A DNA stretch of 64,000 nt from Polyangiales bacterium (GTDB lineage: Bacteria > Myxococcota_A > Polyangia > Polyangiales > Ga0077539). Shown here in pieces: positions 54,451 to 61,305 of the stretch; position 1 is the first letter of the stretch, and each line of letters begins with the position of its first letter. The DNA lies in assembly GCA_044229975.1 (NCBI GenBank), contig JBGARZ010000002.1, positions 768,001-832,000 on the forward strand, written 5' to 3'. The translations under genes were made by a program, and so were the position numbers. The notes below the pieces were generated by a model, which did not search any database, was not told the DNA's origin, and saw nothing but the letters and a program-made list of their open reading frames with translations.

Positions 54451-55679
54451 GCGAGCCGCGGAAGGTTCTCTTCATCAACGACACGGCGCGCAACGGCGGG
54501 CCGGGCCGCAGCCTCCACGCGATCCTCAGCTTCGTCGACCCGGAGGTCATCCACCGCATGGTCATGCTCCCCCGCGAGGACGCCATCGCGCGGCTGCTGC
54601 GCGAGGCGCGCGTCGTGGACGAGCTCATCATCGAGCACGACCTCATCGAAAACGCGTGGCAGCCGATGGACCGCGCCGTCGAGCGCGCCGACCTCGACGC
54701 CCCGTGGTCGGTGCGCTTCCCCCGCCTCGCCCTCAACGTCGCGCGCATGGGTCGGCTCGCGTTCACGCTCCCTCGCTTGGTGCGCGAGCGCGGCGTCGAG
54801 CTCATCTACTGCAACGGAACCACCGCGGACTTCGTCGGCGGCGTCGTGGGCAACCTCACGCACACCCCGGTGCTCTGGCACGTGCGCTACACGTCCATCC
54901 CCGCCGCGAGCCGCCCGCTGCACAACGCGCTCGCGCGCAGCCGCAACCTGCGCCGCATCGTGTGCGTCTCCCACGCGTCGGCCGCGCTCTTCCCCGACCT
55001 CCCGCACAAGGTGCAGGTCGTCCACAACGCCGTCGACGTCGAGCGCTACCGCCGCGACGCCACCGCCGGATCGCTGCGCGGATCGCTCGTTCCGACCGAT
55101 GCGTTCATCTACGGGAGCATGGGACGCATCCTGCCGCGCAAGGGCTACCCCCACATGATCCGCGCGGCGAAGGCGCTCATCGACCGCTGCACCCCGGAGG
55201 AGAGACATCGTCCGCACTTCGTGGTGCTGGGCGATACGCCCGCCGACCTGCCGGGCGACCACCTCGCCGAGTGCCGCGCGCTCGTCGCGGAGTGTGGGTT
55301 GGAGGGGCGGTTCTTGTTCCCGGGGTTTACCGAGGATGTGAGGCCGTGGTTGCAGGACTTCGACGTGGTGGTGCTCCCGTCGGTGTACCCCGACCCGCTG
55401 CCGCGCACCGTCATCGAGGGCATGGCCTACGAGCGCCCCGTGGTGGCCTTCGACGTCGGTGGCGTCGGCGAGATGGTGCGCGACGGCGTGACGGGATCGC
55501 TGCTCCCACCGTCGCCCTCCACCGATGCCTTCGCCGACGCGATGCTCGCGTACCTGCGCGACCCCGAACGACTACGCCGCGAGGGACTCGCCGCGCGCGA
55601 GGCCGTCATCGAAGGCTTCAGCGGCAGCGCGCACGGCCGGGCGATCCAGGCGCAGATCGCGCTCGCGCTCGCTACCTGA
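54447..55679 (+). CDS. GT4 glycosyltransferase
   Basis: GGPGRS, VHNAVD, GRILPRKG, DPLPRTVIE (DX7E variant); ATGA overlap with the MMPL gene. Confidence 0.9.
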   Translation: MSEPRKVLFINDTARNGGPGRSLHAILSFVDPEVIHRMVMLPREDAIARLLREARVVDELIIEHDLIENAWQPMDRAVERADLDAPWSVRFPRLALNVARMGRLAFTLPRLVRERGVELIYCNGTTADFVGGVVGNLTHTPVLWHVRYTSIPAASRPLHNALARSRNLRRIVCVSHASAALFPDLPHKVQVVHNAVDVERYRRDATAGSLRGSLVPTDAFIYGSMGRILPRKGYPHMIRAAKALIDRCTPEERHRPHFVVLGDTPADLPGDHLAECRALVAECGLEGRFLFPGFTEDVRPWLQDFDVVVLPSVYPDPLPRTVIEGMAYERPVVAFDVGGVGEMVRDGVTGSLLPPSPSTDAFADAMLAYLRDPERLRREGLAAREAVIEGFSGSAHGRAIQAQIALALAT

Positions 55680-56382
55680 AGAGCGAGCCGACGGTGTCGG
55701 TGGTGCGCCCCGCGGCCCACGCGAGCAGCGAGCGCGTCTCGTCGACCAGCATCGGGTGGTGCACGTCGGCCGGATGCAGCGCGATGCGAACGGACAACCC
55801 CGCCGACGGATACAGGCGACCGACCCGCGCGTAGGCCGCGCTGGAGAGCCGACGACCGAGCGTTCGGCTCGCGTAGTTGAGCGCCGGGCAGAGACGACGC
55901 GCGCCCGTCGAGGGCTGGTAGATGAAGAGCTGGTCCTCGCAGTAGTCGAGGCCACGCGAGCGCAGCGCAGGCAGCAGCCACGAGCGCCGCGCCCACGCGG
56001 GCGGGACGAAGCCGCGCATCGGCAGGCCGAGCTCGCGCAGCATCGAGGCGCCCGCGTCGAGCCACCCTTCGCCCACGTCGCGGTCGTAGCTGGCGAACTC
56101 GGCCTCGCCCGCGGAGACCACCCGCTGCGCGACGAAGTGACCGACGCCCGCGCCCGGCAGCGAGCGGTGGAAGTAGCCGTGGAGGAAGATCTCGTGCCCC
56201 TCGACGGAGAGCTCTCGGAGGAAGGACGCGTAGTCGGGGTGGTTGCGCAGCGGACCCTGCTGATGGAAGTCGGGAACCACCAGGAGCCCAGGCTTCACGC
56301 CCACCTCGCGGCACCAGCCGAGGGCGGTCTCGACCTCTGCGCGCCAGCGCGGCGACACGTCGTGGATGGACACGTGGATCAT
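55672..56382 (-). CDS. DUF2334-type polysaccharide deacetylase
   Basis: VSIHDVSP, LHGYFH, EAEF, GFVPPAW, RIALHPAD. Confidence 0.85.
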   Translation of the reverse strand: MIHVSIHDVSPRWRAEVETALGWCREVGVKPGLLVVPDFHQQGPLRNHPDYASFLRELSVEGHEIFLHGYFHRSLPGAGVGHFVAQRVVSAGEAEFASYDRDVGEGWLDAGASMLRELGLPMRGFVPPAWARRSWLLPALRSRGLDYCEDQLFIYQPSTGARRLCPALNYASRTLGRRLSSAAYARVGRLYPSAGLSVRIALHPADVHHPMLVDETRSLLAWAAGRTTDTVGSLFR

Positions 56383-57548
56383 CGCGGTGACCTCAAGGCG
56401 TCTTCGTAGATCATGAAGAGGTCATCGAAGTGCGAGCTCGCGGAGGGGATGAGCGCGGCCCTGGCCACCGCCCCCGCCGAGAGGGCGCCGGGTGGCTGAT
56501 GGAGTAGCCGCTTGATGGCCAGCGCGGCTTCCACCGGCGAGGCCGCCGGGTCGTAGGTCACGCCGCAGGTCTCGTCGACGAGCTCGCCGGCACCACCGGC
56601 CGAGGGGACCACCGCGGGGGTGCCAGAGGCGAGGGCCTCGGCCACGCTGAAGCCGAAGGTCTCGACGGCGCACCCGTGGATGAGGGCGTCGGCGCTGGCC
56701 AGCGTGCGGGCGTAGCGTTCACGGTCCGTGATGAAACCCGTGAACGTGACGCTCAGTCCGAGCGTGCGGGCGCGGGCTTCGAGGCGGGCGCGCTCGGGGC
56801 CGTCGCCCATCACGACCACCGCAACAGGAAGGGTCTTGGCCACCTCGGCGAGCGCGTCGAACACCAGCGCAGCCCGCTTTTCGAGGGCGAGTCGACCGAC
56901 CACCGCGACGAGCCGCGCCCTCGGATCGGACGCGTGCGGGCCCAGCAACGCTGCGCGCAGGGCCTCGTCCCGCAGCGAGGGCGAGAGGCTCGCGCGCTCG
57001 ATGCCGAAGGGCGCCTTGGCGACCCGCGGAACCCCCGCGACGCGGAGCTGCTCGGCCAGCCAGCAGGCGGAGACGATGGTTCGGTCGAAGCGCGAGGCCA
57101 TCGAACGCAGCCCCGCCCAGAGGGGTCGGAGGGCGAGGTCAGCACGGTTTGCCCCGAGCCAGCGGGAGAGAACGGGTCGTGCATAGCTCCCGATCTGATC
57201 GGAATGGAGCACCAGGGCACGCACCCCAACGTCTGGCTGAGTCGCGGCGATGAAGGCCGCGAGGTAGGGCGACGAGGCTTGCAGCACGTCGGGTCGCTCG
57301 TGGGCGATGAGGGCGCGCAGGGCTGGGACGTTCCAGAGGCAGTGGTAGCTGGGGTCGTAGGGCATCGCAGGGCCCTTCACGCGAACCAGCCTCCCACCGT
57401 GCACCGTCGTCTCCTCGGCGCGTGGCCCGGGTGCGACCACCACGACCTGATGGCCACGCGTTGTTCCCTCTCGGAGGAGCTGTGTTAGGTACGCGCGAAC
57501 GCCCCCGCCCCGCTCCGAGAAGAACTCCGTCAGGTCGAGAACCTTCAC
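56379..57548 (-). CDS. GT4 glycosyltransferase, paralog of 42295-43461
   Basis: GGGVRAY, GRLALEK, ETFGFSVAE; overlaps the DUF2334 start. Confidence 0.9.
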   Translation of the reverse strand: MKVLDLTEFFSERGGGVRAYLTQLLREGTTRGHQVVVVAPGPRAEETTVHGGRLVRVKGPAMPYDPSYHCLWNVPALRALIAHERPDVLQASSPYLAAFIAATQPDVGVRALVLHSDQIGSYARPVLSRWLGANRADLALRPLWAGLRSMASRFDRTIVSACWLAEQLRVAGVPRVAKAPFGIERASLSPSLRDEALRAALLGPHASDPRARLVAVVGRLALEKRAALVFDALAEVAKTLPVAVVVMGDGPERARLEARARTLGLSVTFTGFITDRERYARTLASADALIHGCAVETFGFSVAEALASGTPAVVPSAGGAGELVDETCGVTYDPAASPVEAALAIKRLLHQPPGALSAGAVARAALIPSASSHFDDLFMIYEDALRSPR

Positions 57549-57600
57549 GGCGACCGCTTGTACCAGAGCCTTCGGGAATTGCTTCGGCAGGACACCACCT

Positions 57601-59067
57601 ATGAACGCACCCAGCACCCCTCGCCCCCGACCGCGCGCGGCGACCGCCCAGTGGCCCCGGCGCATCGCGATCCTGAGCGACTACGTCCGGCTGCCGTACG
57701 CCAACGGCGCCACCTTCGCGACGCAGTTTCTCTACCGCGAGCTCACCCGCCGCGGGCACGAGGTGACCGTCATCGGCCCGCGCGACCCCGACGCGAAGCC
57801 CGAAGACCTCCCCGAGCGGCACATCTGCCTGCCGAGCGTTCCGCTCAACAACCACCCCGGCGTGTACATCCCGCTCCCGCTCGAAGGCATCCTCCGCGAG
57901 AAGCGCGACTGGGATTTCGACGTGGTGCTCGGCCAGACCGCCACCGAGCTCATGGAGCTCGGCCTCTGGCTCCGCGCGACGCGAGGCATCCCCCTCGTGG
58001 CCGTCAACACGGTGCACCTCCCGAGCGTCTACCCCGTGGTGATGCCCGACTCGATGCAGGACTCGAAGACCGCCCACTGGCTCTTCCAGAAGTCCTTCCT
58101 GAAGCTCGCGGAGGGCACCTCGGCCAGCGCCTACAACGGCTGCGACGGCCTCGTGGTGCTCTCCAACGGCCTGAAGAACTACTGGGAAGAGCGCGGTGTC
58201 ACGACCCCCATCCACGTCGTGCCCCGCTGCGTGGAGCCCCGCATCTTCGACACCGCCCCCGGCGCTGACCCCTTCCCTCGCGGCTTCCGCAAGGGTGCCC
58301 GCCTCCTCGTCGTGTGCCGTCACACCCGCGAGAAGGCCGTCGAGCGCCTGCTCGAAATCTTCGCGCGCTACGTCGCCCCGGCCAACCCCGACGCGACGCT
58401 CACGCTCCTCGGTGACGGCCCCGACCACGACCTCTTCCGCCGCACCGCGGAGGAGCTCGGCATCCGCGAGAAGACCCACTTCCCCGGTGAGTTTCCGCTG
58501 GGCGCGCTGCCGACCTGGTATCACCACGCCGACCTCTTCACGTACACGTCCCTCTCGGAGACCTACGGCCAGGTCGTGAGCGAGGCCCTCTGGTCGGGCC
58601 TGCCAGTGGTCGCCTTCGCCGACGGCATGGGCGTCTCGCAGCAGGTCGAGCACGACCTCACCGGCCTGCTCGTCGAGCCCGGCCCCGACGCCGAGATGGC
58701 CGACTGGCGCTTCGCCCGCGCGGTGGTCTCGCTGCTGCGCAACCCGCGCCGTCGACAGGCGCTCGCCACGCAGGCCGCCGCTCGCGCGCACGATCGATCG
58801 GCGCCCCACAAGATGCTCGAAGGCTTCCTCGGTGCGTTCGAAGCGGCGCGCGCGCACCGCGACGCCCATCCCCCGGACATGAGCAGCCCGCGGCTCGCGA
58901 CGGCGTTTCATGGCGGCCGCTGGATGGCCATCAACAGCATCGTGTACGGCCTCGGCCACCTGAAGCCCCCGGCCGTCGTCAACCGCCACGGCCGTCGCCA
59001 GCCCGCCTGGAACGACCTCCCCGACGTCCCCGCCACCCGCCCCGCCGCGCACGCCCGCCTCGGCTGA
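57601..59067 (+). CDS. GT4 glycosyltransferase (glycolipid synthase-like)
   Basis: ILSDY…NGA, RHTREK, GDGPD, ETYGQVVSE. Confidence 0.88.
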   Translation: MNAPSTPRPRPRAATAQWPRRIAILSDYVRLPYANGATFATQFLYRELTRRGHEVTVIGPRDPDAKPEDLPERHICLPSVPLNNHPGVYIPLPLEGILREKRDWDFDVVLGQTATELMELGLWLRATRGIPLVAVNTVHLPSVYPVVMPDSMQDSKTAHWLFQKSFLKLAEGTSASAYNGCDGLVVLSNGLKNYWEERGVTTPIHVVPRCVEPRIFDTAPGADPFPRGFRKGARLLVVCRHTREKAVERLLEIFARYVAPANPDATLTLLGDGPDHDLFRRTAEELGIREKTHFPGEFPLGALPTWYHHADLFTYTSLSETYGQVVSEALWSGLPVVAFADGMGVSQQVEHDLTGLLVEPGPDAEMADWRFARAVVSLLRNPRRRQALATQAAARAHDRSAPHKMLEGFLGAFEAARAHRDAHPPDMSSPRLATAFHGGRWMAINSIVYGLGHLKPPAVVNRHGRRQPAWNDLPDVPATRPAAHARLG

Positions 59068-59103
59068 ACTTCTCTCCCCGCGCGCTGCTAGTCTGCGCGC
59101 CCG

Positions 59104-60042
59104 ATGAAGCTCTGCGCCGTCTCCGTCGACCTCGACGAGGTCCCTTGCTACCACGCCATCCACGGGCTCCCGATGCCCGCCGACGACACCGCCCACGCGG
59201 TGTACATCCGCGCTGTCCCGCGCCTCGCCGAGCTCTTCGCCGACCTCCGCCTCCCCGCCACCTTCTTCGTCATCGGACGTGATCTCGACGCGCCCGTCGC
59301 GCTCGCGGCGGCCCGTGGTCTCGCGCGGTCGGGTCACGAGCTCGGCAACCACAGCCAGCACCATCGCTACGATCTGGTGCGCCTCTCCGCCGATGCGATG
59401 CGCGCCGAGGTGCGCGACGCCGCCGACGCCATCGCCCGCGCGCAGGGTCATCGCCCGGTGGGCTTCCGCGCGCCCGGCTACACCATCACCGACGCGCTCT
59501 TCGACGTGCTCGCCGCCGAGGGGGTCGCCTACGACAGCTCGGTGTTTCCGTGCCCCGCGTACTACGGCGCGAAGACAGCCATGATCGGCCTCATCGCCGC
59601 GCGCGGCCGCACCAGCCGCTCGGTGGTCGACACGCCCGCGGTGCTGCTCGCGCCCGCTGATCCGTACCTCCCGTCGCGCCCGTACTGGCGTCGCTCCGCC
59701 CATGGCGCCTCGCTCGTCGAGCTGCCCATCGGCGTCACGCGCGGCGCGCGGCTCCCCTTCATCGGCACCACGCTAGCGGGCCTCGGCCCCACCGGCAGTC
59801 GCCTGCTCGCGAAGCAGATGCTCGGTCGCCCGCTGGTGAACCTCGAACTGCACGGGCTCGACCTCCTCGACGCCCAGGACGGACTGCACCCGCTGGCCGA
59901 GCACCAGCCCGACCTGCGCGTCCCGGTGAGTCGGAAGAGCGCCGCGCTGCGCGCCGTGGTCGAGACCCTGCGAGACGACGGATATGAGTTCGTCACGCTG
60001 CGCGACGCGGCCGCGACCTTCGCTCACCGCCTCGCGGGCTGA
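59104..60042 (+). CDS. CE4 polysaccharide deacetylase family protein
   Basis: SVDLDE, ATFFVIG, GHELGNHSQHH, GFRAPGY, YDSS. Confidence 0.9.
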   Translation: MKLCAVSVDLDEVPCYHAIHGLPMPADDTAHAVYIRAVPRLAELFADLRLPATFFVIGRDLDAPVALAAARGLARSGHELGNHSQHHRYDLVRLSADAMRAEVRDAADAIARAQGHRPVGFRAPGYTITDALFDVLAAEGVAYDSSVFPCPAYYGAKTAMIGLIAARGRTSRSVVDTPAVLLAPADPYLPSRPYWRRSAHGASLVELPIGVTRGARLPFIGTTLAGLGPTGSRLLAKQMLGRPLVNLELHGLDLLDAQDGLHPLAEHQPDLRVPVSRKSAALRAVVETLRDDGYEFVTLRDAAATFAHRLAG

Positions 60043-60335
60043 GATCCCGTCGATGAGAGCTCCGCGATTCGTCGGGCGCCGCGCACGCCCGTCGCGGGGC
60101 GCCCTCCGCGGCCGACGAGTGCGCCGTGGCAGAACAGGAAACCCGTGCAATTCCCGCGGTTTTCTTCCGACAGGCGCGGACGGCGGTGGGAGCGCCGAGA
60201 GCGATTGTGCTCAATGAGCGCCCCGGAAATCAGCGGGATCGTGCACGCAGATACTACCCAAGCGCGTTGGAGGATGTATCGTCGGCCCCGTCATTCGATC
60301 CGATGGGGGATCGAAACCAGCAGAGGTGATGAGCG

Positions 60336-60686
60336 ATGGCGAAGGCAAAGGCACCGGCCAAGAAGGCCGGCAAGGGCGGAGCGAAGAAGTTGACCAAGGC
60401 CGGCCTGGTGCAGGCGCTTCAGGAGAGCATTGGGGACAGCGTCTCCAAGGCTCAGGTCAAGCAGGTTCTCGACGCTCTGACCAGCGTGGGTGAGAAGGAG
60501 CTCAAGAAGAGCAAGGTGTTCGTGCTCCCGGGCTTCGCGAAGTTCGTCGTCGCGGAGAAGCCGGGCCGCCCCGCCGGTGAGTTCCTCAACCCGTTCACCA
60601 AGAAGAACGAGCACCGCGACGCGAAGCCCGCGTCGAAGACCGTTCGCGCCCGGCCGATCAAGGCCCTCAAGGACGCGGTCAACTGA
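60336..60686 (+). CDS. HU/IHF-family DNA-binding protein with Lys/Ala-rich N-terminal tail
   Basis: LTKAGLV, LPGFAKF, NPFT, AKPASKTVRARPIKALKDAV; GAGGTG SD. Confidence 0.92.
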   Translation: MAKAKAPAKKAGKGGAKKLTKAGLVQALQESIGDSVSKAQVKQVLDALTSVGEKELKKSKVFVLPGFAKFVVAEKPGRPAGEFLNPFTKKNEHRDAKPASKTVRARPIKALKDAVN

Positions 60687-60692
60687 GTCCCC

Positions 60693-60714
60693 CGACCAGC
60701 GTTCGCGCTGGTCG
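60693..60714 (+). terminator. hairpin after the HU gene (possible terminator or stabiliser)
   Basis: CGACCAGCG-TTCG-CGCTGGTCG, perfect 9-bp stem just after the stop; no U-tract. Confidence 0.5.
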
Positions 60715-60740
60715 ATGGCCTCCGTAGTTCTTCAAACACC

Positions 60741-60810
60741 CATCGAGCGACGTCGGTTGTCTGGTAGCTTCCTCCGGGAAGCTCACATGACACTCGAACG
60801 TCGCTCGATG
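60741..60810 (+). promoter_or_regulatory. long hairpin covering the SD and start codon of the LEA_2 gene
   Basis: 60741-53/60798-810 perfect 13 bp; AGCTTCC-TCCG-GGAAGCT at 60766-83; TGTC/GACA. Confidence 0.5.
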
Positions 60811-61281
60811 CTATTTGGCGCTGCCCTGCTCGCGCTCGGCTGCTCCCGCCCGCAGCCCCCGCGCATCACGCCCCGCTCCGCGGAGGTCATCGGCGCCAAT
60901 AGTCAAGGCCTCGGGCTGCGCATCCACTGCGTCGCCCGAAACACCAACGGCTTCCCGTTGACGGTTCAACGGGTGTCCGTTCGCCTCACCCTCGCCAGCC
61001 GCGACCTCGGCGTCACCGAACTCCCCAGCGCGCTGCGGCTTCCCTCCAACGTCGATGTGCCGATGGACATCGAGGTCCGCGCGCCGTGGGGAGACCTCCC
61101 CGGCATCATCGCGGTCTCCCTCTTCAATGAGAATGTCCCCTATCGACTCGACGGCACGGCCCGCGTCGGCAGCCCCAGGCTCAACGTCGATGTGCCGTTT
61201 ACCCTGGAAAGCACCCTTCCCCGACGCGTTCTCACCGGGGCGGTCAGCAATTCCGCCCCGGGGTTGCCCCCCCTGCACTGA
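60787..61281 (+). CDS. LEA type 2 (WHy domain) lipoprotein
   Basis: LALGC lipobox; NTNGFPL (NPN-like motif); VPYRLDG…VPF. Confidence 0.8.
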   Translation: MTLERRSMLFGAALLALGCSRPQPPRITPRSAEVIGANSQGLGLRIHCVARNTNGFPLTVQRVSVRLTLASRDLGVTELPSALRLPSNVDVPMDIEVRAPWGDLPGIIAVSLFNENVPYRLDGTARVGSPRLNVDVPFTLESTLPRRVLTGAVSNSAPGLPPLH

Positions 61282-61305
61282 AGTCCCTTCAAGGGACTCC
61301 GCGCG

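Noticed and set aside
60068..60119. GC-rich hairpin after the CE4 deacetylase as an intrinsic terminator
   Set aside because: Imperfect, no U-tract, and such pairing is likely by chance at this GC content.
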